Source: Paraphysomonas bandaiensis
Lineage: Eukaryota > Protista > Chrysophyceae
Length of the DNA stretch: 64,000 nucleotides
Direction of reading: 5' to 3'
NCBI GenBank assembly: GCA_965644295.1
Contig: CBFFRP010000238.1
Coordinates: 1-64,000, forward strand
A model generated the notes under the pieces. It did not search any database, was not told the origin of the DNA, and saw nothing but the letters and a program-made list of their open reading frames with translations. Of the stretch, positions 23,501-35,324 are shown in pieces; within the stretch, counting starts at the first letter, position 1, and each line of letters starts with the position of its first letter. Both the position numbers and the translations under genes were made by a program.

Positions 23501-24764
23501 CAGAACACAAAATAACTCATAAAGAACCACTCATGTTCTACAAGCTATCTAGAAACACACAATAACATCTAGAACAATATTCTACAAAAGATTGTACAAG
23601 ATTTGGTTGATTATGTGGACATATCAGTTTTCTGGAACACTCCCGTAGAATGCTATGAAGACCAACTCCAACCAACAGAGTCTCCAGCACACCAAAATGA
23701 GAATATCGTCCAATCATATGCTTGTACTCAACAATATACCGTCACTGTACTATAGACCATATACAGATATACAACAGCACAATACTGTATACTCAGAATC
23801 ATATACAGCATCATACAATTGTATATACAGAGGAGTACAGGGTCTCATACATCCCGCATACCAGAGTAGCATCCAGGAGTATACAGCAAATACAGTAAAT
23901 ACAGCATACGATAAAAACAACAGTTGAGAAGAGACTGAAGATGATAATACTCTTAACGCTCATTGTAGATACATGCCAACGCTCCATAATCAGTAAGAGA
24001 TGAATGATGACACTTGGCACCCTAGTCAAGTCCATAATGACAGACGTATCAGGCAAATCTCGGCTCCAAACATCATGAACACGAGAAGTTAGAGTCCACT
24101 GCGCTCCACAGGAATATGAAGACCACACAGAGAATATCAATGGCCTCATGACAAGATGAATGGACCCTCAGGTGATACAATGTGTACATATACCATAAAT
24201 ACGTCATATTCATGTCATGTATACATGCAGATCGTGCTTATGACAAGACTTGGATCTTATACAAGCACATGTACTATATGCCATACAGTATGCAAGGTGT
24301 CAAGAGTGTGATGATGGATATAGATGGTAATACACATACATATAGAGATATCGGAAGGTATAGATGAACATGTATACACTACATTGATATCTAATTCTTT
24401 CTATCTGCAGCTAGAGAAGAATTAACACCAACACAGCATAGAGTGTTATATGTGTACAGTGTGATAATGGATAAGGTGCATAATGTATGTCATATGTGTA
24501 TAGTGTGAGTGATGTTGGTGATATAGTAATAAGTGTGAGTGCATACAATGCAATATCAATACAATGATGACATGCAGTGCAAGGCATAGTGTTATGTACA
24601 TGCAAGCATACATATAATAATATACACAATATGTATCACAAGCAAGAGGTCTCACTCTTACTAGCGTAGCCCATATAAGTATCCAACCATAGCCATAGCA
24701 CTCACCAGTAGATAGACATCCAAATCTCACTCACAGGAGTATAGTTGAACGCCACAGCGTTACA
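20566..24764 (-). mobile_element. Non-autonomous LTR retroelement (long LTRs, ~1.1-kb internal region)
   Basis: LTRs at 20566-22186 and 23299-24764 are nearly identical; the right copy lacks 153 bp between CCCGTA microhomologies. 4-bp TSD GTAG. PPT GTGGGAAAAGGTAG at 22187-22200 on the minus strand. Confidence 0.9.
22572..23192 (-). CDS. Internal ORF of the non-autonomous LTR element (gag-like coiled-coil N-terminus, unknown function)
   Basis: 206-aa ATG-initiated ORF just downstream of the 5' LTR; coiled-coil segment FDRLERRLEQRLEK. Confidence 0.45.
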   Translation of the reverse strand: MELASRTTFSKDVEEIFDRLERRLEQRLEKMCQRNQNIISLLVLACKKCGEIKKSDQMQENSSAMPVSYPEVTTTATADQIQEEFCSPQQERFMEPEASTHHGEDNATSEGSIPVMVPATSNAKRLPIHVRVQEVKQLRSSQREMICSSPGKSSLVLTKKSFLPNPVQGIMGDFQDIPGFIQPYIWVMAIFEEHGPGPPPWVRLEC

Positions 24765-25984
24765 GTAGGTATACAAAGCAGCAGTGCGTTTATTTCGTTT
24801 GGTTGGTTTCTGGGATTTGTACTGTTATTATTCGACTGTGTGAAGTTACGATTTCTTTTGAAAGAAAGAGTTATTATGTTGCGAATGAGGTGTCAGCGTA
24901 TCAAAGTTTTTTTTATTGGGAGAGACTGAATGATCAGGGTCAAAGTTTTGTCAGTGTGATCAGTTATAGTTCTTCGTCGTTCTTCACTGTTTCAATGAAT
25001 GCAAAAGAGGGAGTTAATTCGGATGTTCAGTTGTTCGTTATGAGTTCTGTTCAAATATTGTGCTACAATTTTAAAGGAAAGGATTCTCAATGTGTCACAA
25101 GCAGTTAATCTAGTTATGAGTTCAATGGTGAAAGGAGTGATTGGTATTTCGACAATGCCGGTTCAGTGTTCGACAGCTTGTGAATTCAATGACCATGCAA
25201 CATTATTTAATTCGTGCAGTGGTACAGTGTGTGTGTTTTCTTTTTTCCTCGAATGACCCGTTGTTATTTATATTCCAATGGTTCTTAAAGTTACGCATTT
25301 GCGATGTTCGTGTGTGATGTTACGAAGAATATTTGTTCAACAGTATCATATTATCAGGAATGTTATTGTAGCGACGACATTATTTGCTTATAAATTTATT
25401 GGAGATTTTCCTGACAGCGAGTTTCAATTTCGATGATGGTTATCGGCAGAAGTTGAATGAATGACAAATAATTGCATCTTGATTCTCCATGAGAGTTTAT
25501 TATTATGTTGACATTGTTGGGAGGAGTGTGATACTACTGTGTATACTCTTTCGAGAGTGTTATTTTCAAACAAATCCATCATTACTGCGAAGGATATAAT
25601 GTCAAAAGAGTTCAATGCATTGGTCGATAGTTTATTTCAGTATGAGTTGGTGATATATATTATGAAGGAGAACTTGGTCCTTAGGCACGGACAATGATCA
25701 GAGCAATTTATATATGGCAGTTCAGAAGGTCGACTACATGGTGATCATTTGTGTGAGTTAAAGTCCAATACTGAGAGATATTTGATTTTTCGAAAATTGC
25801 TAGCGGAGCTAGGCCTTTTTGTGTGCAGTTGGAACCTACTCTAATATTTGCAGATAATGCGTCGTTGATTATTATGGAGGAGTTTTTTTTAGTGGAAATT
25901 ATAAGAAGGTCCTGCGGAGGATGAAAGAGAAAACAGATTCTGAATCAACGAGTATTCTCGTGTTATCTTCTTGTCTTCGGACAA

Positions 25985-26170
25985 TATTGCCTGGGTATCA
26001 TTTGGGATGTTAAAGCCTTTGACACAGAGCACTACTTTATGTTGTCTATAGGCAAAGGCCTGCGTTTCATTTGGGATGTTAAAGCCTATGACACAGAGCA
26101 TTATTTTATTCTGTCTATAGACAATCGCCTGCGTATCATTTGGGATGTTAAACCCTATGACACAGAGCAT
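25985..26170. repeat. 69-bp tandem repeat, ~2.7 copies
   Basis: GCCTGxGTxTCATTTGGGATGTTAAAxCCTxTGACACAGAGCA occurs three times at 69-bp spacing. Confidence 0.8.
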
Positions 26171-26893
26171 TAAGGGGGGCGGTTGTAACTCAGTCGAGCA
26201 ATAGCCGATTGATGTCACGGTATTTAATATTTATTTATAGGTTCATAATCTTATGGACGATAAGGAGATCAGGCGTTGGACTGAACATAGGAGGGTGTGT
26301 CGTCATCCCCATATATAGGACATTGACTGTCGTTGGATTGTGAGCTTGGCTTGGTAGTATACAGCTGTATACTGCACTATACAGTGGGTGCATAGTATAC
26401 AGGATATCGCCCTCAACAAAGTCGGACTCGCACCTTTTCGTGGTGTTCTGGGAGATAAGTACCGGAGTTATTTCTCTGAGAAACTAACGTGAGCCGCAAA
26501 CATAGTCAGCAGATATTCTTCTGCCCACTCATAGCCGAATGCTTGTGTGGTACAAGGGACACCAATAAGTGTCACTTGTGTAGACGTCTTTGGGCCCTGA
26601 CGAATAAACAGGCATCCGGGAATGGGTCCACCTCAAGGGCATCCGGGACAGGGCCCACCTGAAGGGTAACCGGGGTATTGGGCTGCCTGCTGAAGTCAAG
26701 CATCCGGGATGTTCACCTTAAGAACTCAGAGCGGAAGTGGTCGCACCTTGGTGCTTGCGGCGACGCACAAGCAGCTTCCGTAGCGTTAAATAGTAGGATA
26801 AAAAAAAGTGTGTACTGATTAGTTACAGGTAGAGGTCTAACTAGTTTGTCTAGCATTCATCTAGCTACTAAGTTAGTGCAGGTTTTTAACGCC

Positions 26894-27462
26894 TATTGCT
26901 AATAATAAGACTTTCAATATACAGGATATATACATTGTAGTGAAGACAGCCAGCTACAGTATACAGTAGAGTAACGGTATACCATTATACGGTGTATGAT
27001 GACAATACTATATGTAGGATATGTACAGTCCAATATGTACAGTGGATTGGTATAGAGTAAGGGCATATATATGCCCAAGGTGTGAGCTGTAGGTGTAGTC
27101 TGTGATATAAGACAGATTAGAATGCTAGTCATTATTATCACAGATAACCTCTAATAAAACAAGTTAATAACACTATCATTACTATCAACTTGTGGCTTGT
27201 TATTGCCTTACAACATTTCATGATAAAGAACCTAAGTTGTATTCGATGTGTTCAACACCATTCATTTACTACTATAGTGTACAAACCACACACTCAGTGA
27301 TCGTATCCTGTATAGTCACTAATCTTCTACTTCAGTTTCATACTACACAATATAATGTACTAATTACATACATATCTTTCTATCCTTGCATCTCACAATA
27401 CTGCACTCAATTGCAAGTATATAGAATCATCAGATCTCTACAAAACAAACTCCAGCGTTACA
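26894..27462 (-). repeat. Probable LTR with the same termini as the 20566 family (TGTAACGC...TTAGCAATA), followed on the minus strand by a conserved leader (26733-26893)
   Basis: Terminal strings are shared with 20566-22186; the adjacent leader recurs at 32593-32754 and 41574-41706. Confidence 0.5.
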
Positions 27463-27570
27463 ACATTGTGATGTCGTTATATATATTATCACCCTAAAAC
27501 ATCTACTCTGTCCACAACTTTGCTACTAAACGACTAGACATACTCGAAGTACAAACTAAAAATTCCTTAT

Positions 27571-29496
27571 CTACGAATTCGCCCTTTGTTTCATCGACTT
27601 GTTTTCCTTTGCTCTCTCTGCAGCGTTCAAATTCCTTTTGCGCAGTCTAACATTCTTGGGGGTCACTTCCAGCACCTCATCAGGGTCCATATAGGCGATC
27701 ATCTCCTCTACAGTCATCTTCCTTGCAGGAGTGAGACGAATAGCCTCATCAGTGCCAGAAGCTCTAATGTTAGTCAACTTTTTCATCTTACACGGATTGA
27801 CTTCCATCTCTCCCGATCTAGAGTTTTCCCCAACCACCATGCCTTCGTACACCTCCTCGCCAGGAGATACAAAGAGCTTCCCACGCTCCTCGGTAGCAGC
27901 TAGTGCGTATGCAGTAGTTTTTCCGTTGGCCATACAAACTAACTTACCTTTCCGCATTCCCAAGAAGTCAGTTTTGGGAACCTGGTCATAGTGGGAGAAC
28001 GATGAGTTGATGGTCACATTTCCCCTAGTAGCGTTGGTGAGCTCATGCCTGAAACCCATTAGCCCTCTACTTGGCACTGTGTAGATCATTCTTGATCTAT
28101 CCCCGATGTCTTTGAACTCCAACATCGTGCCGTTTCGGTTGCTCATACTTTCGATCACGATACCCTGTAAGTCTGGTGCAATGTCTACTACCACTTCCTC
28201 AAACGGCTCTTTCTCCACACCTTCCTCTACAATACTCAGCACACTCGGTGGAGATACTGTCAGCTCGAATCCCTCCCTACGCATAGTCTCTATGAGAATT
28301 CCGATTTGTAGCTCACCCCTGCCCTGTACGTCAACACTCTCCACATCACTGGAGGGGCGCAAGGAGAGGGTCACGTTATTTTCGACTTCCTGTTGCAGTC
28401 GCTGCTTGATGAGTGCACCTGTCAATTTGTTACCATCCTTGCCGGTTAGAGGAGACGTGTTGGGTCCAAATGTCATAGATATAACGGGAGGGGTGATCGG
28501 CACGGTCTCCACGGGAGTGTTGCGCTCTGGACTACATACCGTGTCGGCCACACCGCCATTACAACCCGTCAATGAGACGATCTGTCCTGCATACGCTCGA
28601 TCCACTTCCACGCGCTCTAGACCCCGCATATAAAAGAGCTTTGTAACCTTGCTCTCAGCTGCTATCTCATCACCGTTCCGAGAAAGAACATGGATTGAAT
28701 CACCCACTCCAACTGAGCCAGATTCAACACGGCCAGTGACTACACGACCCAGAAAACTATCCCCAGATATGGTATTCACACTAAGAGCAAATGGCTCACT
28801 TAGGGTGGCATCATTTGAAGGAGGAGGAAAAGTTTCGATTATTTTGTCCAGTAAGGCCACCACGTCTTTACCCGGAGCATCGGCAAGGTTTTCTACAGTC
28901 CAACCTTGTCTCGACGAGGCAAACAATAGTGGATAATCCAGCTGATCTTCATTCTCAGTCAAGTTACAAAATAGATCAAATATCTCATTTTGCACTTCTT
29001 CGGCTCTGTGACCTTCGCGATCTACTTTATTCAGTACAACGATTGCTTTCTTCCCACAATGTAGGGCCTTAGTCAGAACAAACTTGGTTTGAGACATGGG
29101 CCCTTCAGTCGCATCAACCAATAGGATGACGCCATCAACCATGCTCAATATTCTCTCAACCTCACCAGAAAAATCAGCGTGCCCAGGTGTATCAACAATA
29201 TGAAGCATGTGGTCTTTGTAGTGCAAACGAGTGTACTTGGAAGTGATAGTAATTCCTCGTTCCTTCTCGTGAACATTGGAGTCCATCGCTCTCTCACTGT
29301 CACCTGCAGAACCGCATGCCGCTAGTAGTTTATCCATAAGAGTTGTTTTGCCATGATCAACGTGTGCAATAATCGCACAATTTCGGACGAGTTGGGGATT
29401 ATATTTCACAGTGCAAAATGATCTCGTCAACTTCGTTGGTCGGATTCGCGGTATAACCCCGAATTGCCTCCCCAGATATCTAGTGAAAGAGTGCAT
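27571..29496 (-). CDS. typA: Translational GTPase TypA/BipA, organelle-targeted (likely mitochondrial)
   Basis: RNCAIIAHVDHGKTTL, ERGITI, DTPGHADFSGEVER, NKVD, QGRGELQ, PSRGLMG, EVYEGMVVGE, KKLTNIRASG, EVTPKNVRLRK. Arg-rich N-terminal extension lacking acidic residues. Confidence 0.95.
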   Translation of the reverse strand: MHSFTRYLGRQFGVIPRIRPTKLTRSFCTVKYNPQLVRNCAIIAHVDHGKTTLMDKLLAACGSAGDSERAMDSNVHEKERGITITSKYTRLHYKDHMLHIVDTPGHADFSGEVERILSMVDGVILLVDATEGPMSQTKFVLTKALHCGKKAIVVLNKVDREGHRAEEVQNEIFDLFCNLTENEDQLDYPLLFASSRQGWTVENLADAPGKDVVALLDKIIETFPPPSNDATLSEPFALSVNTISGDSFLGRVVTGRVESGSVGVGDSIHVLSRNGDEIAAESKVTKLFYMRGLERVEVDRAYAGQIVSLTGCNGGVADTVCSPERNTPVETVPITPPVISMTFGPNTSPLTGKDGNKLTGALIKQRLQQEVENNVTLSLRPSSDVESVDVQGRGELQIGILIETMRREGFELTVSPPSVLSIVEEGVEKEPFEEVVVDIAPDLQGIVIESMSNRNGTMLEFKDIGDRSRMIYTVPSRGLMGFRHELTNATRGNVTINSSFSHYDQVPKTDFLGMRKGKLVCMANGKTTAYALAATEERGKLFVSPGEEVYEGMVVGENSRSGEMEVNPCKMKKLTNIRASGTDEAIRLTPARKMTVEEMIAYMDPDEVLEVTPKNVRLRKRNLNAAERAKENKSMKQRANS

Positions 29497-29878
29497 TCCT
29501 TTGTGAAGAATGGTTGCAGAAGTAATGCAAGAGTTAAATCAACTCTTTGTTGTCGATCTGTTGCAACTTCTTCTCGGCTTTTGGTTGAGACTTGTAGGTT
29601 GGGATGCATTTGTGGCCGTCCAAGCACCAGCAAATACACCTCCTACGTACCACAAACTACTTTCAGTTTATGGCTTCTGAAGATTCGCCTTCACACTATA
29701 CCAAAAAATCAGAATGGCCAGTTGACTTTTTTGTCACTTGCTGCATATGTTTACACATGAGCACATGCATCTGCACATCCCATATAGACAACAGCCCTGA
29801 TATCATAACTATCCGTCGATCACAACATATCCATATCACTAACATTAACGCCACATTCTATAAGAAGAACATAATATA

Positions 29879-30379
29879 ATGGCTGAATTTCTGGAAATGC
29901 CTGATGCTGAAGAGGAAGAGCAGGAGACTCCGCAGCCTTTGATGCCCGATCCTGAGCCTGAAGATGCACTAACGTAATAAATATTTGATTGCTTTACCCC
30001 GTGAAACTGATTGAATATATATAGCGTCTTCAACCGCGAATGGAACCAGAAACTGGAGGAGAAGCGCCAGAAGGAAGAAGCGGCCGAGGAGGAGTCTCGT
30101 GCCTCTGCTGCTGAAGACCTCGCAAGCTGGGAATCCCAGCGTGAGAATCGTCTTAATTCGAAGAAGGAAATCAATAGAAGCGAAGAACAGGTCCTTTTGG
30201 AACAACAGGAGTCTGATTTGGATGCTGGAAATGTATGGGATCGTGTTACTAAGTTGATTGAAACTGGTGTGGACGCAGACGAGCTTGAGAAGGCTGATGT
30301 GTCGAGAATGCGCAAGCTTTTCATTCAGCTGAAAAATGAACCACTTGAAGCAAGCCGTGGCGCTATGGTAGAGGCTTAA
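29879..30379 (+). CDS. CLC: Clathrin light chain (exons 29879-29973 and 30025-30379)
   Basis: Acidic N-terminus, central helix FNREWNQKLEEK, C-terminal WDRVTKLI...DVSRMRKLFIQLK. GT-AG intron 29974-30024 keeps the frame. Confidence 0.85.
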
Positions 30380-30784
30380 TATTGCCGCTTTGACATTTCT
30401 CTCGCTGTTTAATGCTGAATATATTGCCATCTTTTGCACAAATCGGCATACGTATTGAATCATTCATGTTGCACTTGAGCATAAGTTAGCTCATTGGAGT
30501 TGCAAAAATAGCCATAAGAATAATAGAAGGGTGATATATGGTGTATCAGCATATTAAATCGATGGCTGAAGGGATTCGGCAATAGTGACGAATGCGCAGT
30601 GCGTTGTACCTTAGTAGTATATAAATCGCCATTGGTATCAAATGTAGATGCAACTCGCACACCACATCATACAAGCGTAGGAGTATTGCTACATCCACCA
30701 CAACATATATCGCATTATATAAAGTATTGTTCTATTATGATAATCTACCTTTGTTCAGTTTTATTAAACGTTATCAAAGTGTAG

Positions 30785-32513
30785 TATTAGGGTTCAGCTT
30801 AATACAAGATTGTATCTGTGAGATATATTGAGAATTGCTCATTTTAAGCTAGATCACAGAGAGAATTTGTCGTAAGACTAGATAGATTTATTAATATCGT
30901 TAACACGAAGTTGTGATAACCAACACTAACTCATTATAATCCCTGCATAATATCCTACATATGCGAACCTCTCGTTACTGAACATATCTTGAAAGATCAA
31001 ACTATTTCAGTTTCTCAATATCATCACAGCATTTGTACATCACTATATTTCACTGTATTTTCGTACATTGTCTTCAAGTGACATACTGAATATACTAGAA
31101 TAAGATCCATATTCTAATACTCCCACTCAATGTAGAATGCAGTGAGATAAAACAACAGTGATCACAATAATCTGATAATGCTATGACTATCTAGTCCCAT
31201 AGGTAAAAACAGATGTGAAATCTTTTAAAGATACATATATACCTAGCAGTCAACTAGATATACAGTTATGTGGGATTTTCACCCATTAAAACACACCTTT
31301 AACCTCTTCGGGGTCGTTTCTTCTGCTGCTCCTCCACTCTGTTAGACACACTCCTCTTAACCCCGGTAATCGTTTTCTCATGACGGCTGAAGATCTTCGT
31401 GGACAACGCCTTTGTAAAATTATCGGCCGCCATATCATCCGTAGATACATGAATCAACTTTGCTGTAGGAAATTTTCCATTAACATGTTCTCTTATCCAG
31501 TGATACTTGATGTCAATATGCTTCGACCTCTTATGATACACTGGATTCTCTGAAAGATCCTTTGCACTCTTACTATCCATAAAGAATGGAGTCGGCTTCG
31601 CTATCAAGAGTCCGAGCTCCTTGAACACCCCCCGAAGCCACACCAGTTCTTGCATAGCCGCATACTCCGCCATATACTCAGATTCCATGCTCGAAGTCGC
31701 AACTGTGGTCTGAATCTTGGACTGCCAGGCCAAAGCGCCCGCACATAAAAACACGATGTATCCCGTTGTGGACCGCCGAGTCATCCTATCCCCAGCCCAG
31801 TCTGAATCACTGAATACATGTAAATCAAACTCACTCCCACTGAATCTGATTCCCTTATCAACTGTACTACGTAAATATTTCAACAAATGAATAGCTAATC
31901 TGCAAGTCGCATATGTTGGAGAAGTACTAAATCGAGCCAATAACCCCACAGCGTAAGCCAGATCAGCAGGTCTAGTGTGAATCGCCAAATGCAACACCGC
32001 TCCAATAATTCCTCTATACGGAAATGATTCGACCCACTGCTTCTGCTCCTCCGTCAGCTCACGTTGCTCTGCCAACAAACCCTGAACATTGGTAGGTAGT
32101 GGAGTCTCCTTATTCTTACTGCTTTTTCCCATAAACGAACTGAATTTCTTGACAATATTCTTGGCATATTCTGATTGATCTAACATGTACCAGTCCTCGC
32201 CTCTCGTGATTCTGATATTCAGAAACCGTTTGCACACACCCAGATCATGCATTTCAAACGTTTCGCAGAACCTACGTTTAACACTTTCTAAGTAGGTGAG
32301 ATCAGCAGATGCAATGATAATAATATCATCAACATATAATATCAGCAATAAGTGTAATTGACCATTACTCCATCGCATATACAAGCATGCATCTAAAATG
32401 CAGGCAGTAAAATGTAACGATTTGATAAACTTGTCAATATGTTTGTTCCACTGCCTCGGTGATGCCCGCAGTCCATATATCACAGACGGATAAACAGTAA
32501 CTCCTGGCAACAA
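30785..32513 (-). mobile_element. 5'-truncated Ty1/Copia element (RT, RNase H and probable 3' LTR at 30785-31119)
   Basis: IYGLRASPRQW, LYVDDII, HDLG, SDSDWAGD, RRSTTGY, SSMESEY, RSKHIDIKYH. PPT GAGTGGGAG lies next to a segment bounded by TATTAG...CTAATA. Confidence 0.88.
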
Positions 32514-33257
32514 GCATCATTTTCTTAATTGCCAACACCTGATACATATCTCGAGTCATCTACTATATTGAATGTCTGATTATTTAGCAATAGGCGTTGA
32601 AAGCCTGCACCAATTAGTGGCTAGAAGAATGCTAGTCATACTAGTTAGACTACTACCCGTAACTAATCAATACAAACTCTTTTATCCTACTATTTAACGC
32701 TACAGAAGCTGCTTGTGCGTCGCCGCAAGCACCAAGAAGGTGCAACCACTTCCGTTAAGTCATCTACTGAACCCTCCGGAACATTATATTCACACTCAAG
32801 TAATAATATATACGGCTGTCGTACAACCAAATCTCCATGCCGATCCCACACTCAAATATACTCTCTACCTCAACACAGCAGCAACAATTTGAGGATAACA
32901 CTTCTGTTTGCTCATGAATCCACAAGGGCCATCATGCATGCATCCTTCCATTGATTCTGACCCTTGTTTACCCCAACAAACCGCTGCATACACTCTGTCG
33001 ATACTCCACTGGATCTAACTCATATTCTTCACTAATTATAACATCGCCCTCTTGATCGTACTCTATGTTTGACGATCACAGACAACAACCGGACATTCGC
33101 AAAAATCATGATACGTAAGATCCTGTTTCGAAGATCACCACTTTCCACGCATTCCAATCTCTGTCATTGACTTCTCAACGCCCAATGAAGGTGAGACAAA
33201 TGTTCCCGGAAAAGCCAGACCAGGAGGAATATTGATGCCACCTCTTGGTACATTATA

Positions 33258-34833
33258 AACCAATCAACCCAGAAGAAACCAACAAAGAATTACTTGTAAA
33301 GCCGTGGGCTTTTATAACACCCTTTAACACATTTAATGACATCAGTATAATATTGATAATTATGTTGCAATAACGATAAATTATATGTAGGGTATATGTA
33401 GCTGGTTTTGTATGAGATTGATGACTACAAAAGATACAGATTATTATTACGAGGGCAAGACAGCAGACAACTAGGATTTACCCTCGAACACACGTTTTTT
33501 TTTGGTCTACGCGATTGTTACCCGTCGGTTTACGCCTCTATCCATATGGTAGTCGGTGTCATAGCGTTTTGGGTTAGGAAGCATTGATTGGTACCGCATG
33601 TGCGATATTCGTAGTCCACCCATCGATATGAGAAGTCTTCTGATGTTTTTTGAACCAATCAACCCAGAAGAAACCAACAAAGAATTACTTGTAAAGCCGT
33701 GGGCTTTTATAACACCCTTTAACACATTTAATGACATCAGTATAATATTGATAATTATGTTGCAATAACGATAAATTATATGTAGGGTATATGTAGCTGG
33801 TTTTGTATGAGATTGATGACAACAAAAGATACAGATTATTATTACGAGGGCAAGACAGCAGACAACTAGGATTTACCCTCGAACACACGTTTTTTTTTGG
33901 TCTACGCGATTGTTACCCGTCGGTTTACGCCTCTATCCATATGGTAGTCGGTGTCATAGCGTTTTGGGTTAGGAAGCATTGATTGGTACCGCATGTGCGA
34001 TATTCGTAGTCCACCCATCGATATGAGAAGTCTTCTGATGTTTTTTGAACCAATCCAATCCCCAACAAAGAATTACTTGTAAAGCCGTGGGCTTTTATAA
34101 CACCCTTTAACACATTTAATGACATCAGTATAATATTGATAATTATGTTGCAATAACGATAAATTATATGTAGGGTATATGTAGCTGGTTTTGTATGAGA
34201 TTGATGACAACAAAAGATACAGATTATTATTACGAGGGCAAGACAGCAGACAACTAGGATTTACCCTCGAACACACGTTTTTTTTTGGTCTACGCGATTG
34301 TTACCCGTCGGTTTACGCCTCTATCCATATGGTAGTCGGTGTCATAGCGTTTTGGGTTAGGAAGCATTGATTGGTACCGCATGTGCGATATTCGTAGTCC
34401 ACCCATCGATATGAGAAGTCTTCTGATGTTTTTTGAACCAATCAACCCAGAAGAAACCAACAAAGAATTACTTGTAAAGCCGTGGGCTTTTATAACACCC
34501 TTTAACACATTTAATGACATCAGTATAATATTGATAATTATGTTGCAATAACGATAAATTATATGTAGGGTATATGTAGCTGGTTTTGTATGAGATTGAT
34601 GACAACAAAAGATACAGATTATTATTACGAGGGCAAGACAGCAGACAACTAGGATTTACCCTCGAACACACGTTTTTTTTTGGTCTACGCGATTGTTACC
34701 CGTCGGTTTACGCCTCTATCCATATGGTAGTCGGTGTCATAGCGTTTTGGGTTAGGAAGCATTGATTGGTACCGCATGTGCGATATTCGTAGTCCACCCA
34801 TCGATATGAGAAGTCTTCTGATGTTTTTTGAAC
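33258..34833. repeat. Tandem array of four ~395-bp units
   Basis: Units start at ~33258, 33653, 34048 (variant head) and 34436; near-identical. Confidence 0.93.
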
Positions 34834-35324
34834 AGCTCTATGTGCTTGCTCATCGTTCCGGACTATGATATGCGATTATTTTCCCACTGTCACACACCAT
34901 CGATTTTCTCTGGAGTGTCTATAAATTGGTAAGGGGCTTTAGGCCTGGTGTCAAATGATGGCATGGTGGATACTTGACTCAAGTATGAATGTATAATTCA
35001 GGGCACGTTCCTTGTACACAGCTGATGTGTATTAATACATTTGGCGGTTGGAATGTGATTGCAATTGTCAAGAAATGAGTTTGCAATTTTTTGGTGATTC
35101 GAATATTGTCATTTTTTTGGTTTTTGTGGCTCGAAAATCGGTGATTTTTGCAATACTCAAAAATCGGGGATTTTTGGTTTTTTGGGACTCGAAAATTGGC
35201 GGTTTTTGGAAAAGACCTATTTAGGCGTATTTCAGGGCGTTTTTGACTATAATCGATGTAGGAAATGAATCGTATGTAGTGTAGTACATGTATGAGCATA
35301 TTGTACGGTTGTTGTTGCATTCAA

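Larger units (their letters stand above)
16540..25800 (-). mobile_element. Possible decayed non-LTR retrotransposon remnants (16540-17705, 19721-20561, 24769-25800), interrupted by younger elements
   Basis: Strand-biased, coding-like sequence with many stops. An SDH(C)P motif on the minus strand near 25690 resembles the end of an AP endonuclease. Weak evidence. Confidence 0.25.

Noticed and set aside
20872-24730. Duplicated short ORFs in 20.9-22.2 kb and 23.6-24.7 kb
   Set aside because: They lie inside the two LTR copies and have low-complexity composition.
26184-27462. Single solo LTR bounded by TGTAAC...GTTACA
   Set aside because: There is no TSD, and the right part is better explained as a minus-strand LTR plus leader; left unresolved.
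27571-29496. Intronless typA as bacterial contamination or recent HGT
   Set aside because: It has an N-terminal targeting-like extension and sits beside an intron-containing clathrin light chain gene. Organellar TypA is established in algae and plants, and CCDC130 here is intronless too.
33258-34833. Tandem array as a CRISPR or a repeated small gene
   Set aside because: The units are identical with no unique spacers, and the short ORFs merely recur with the repeat.
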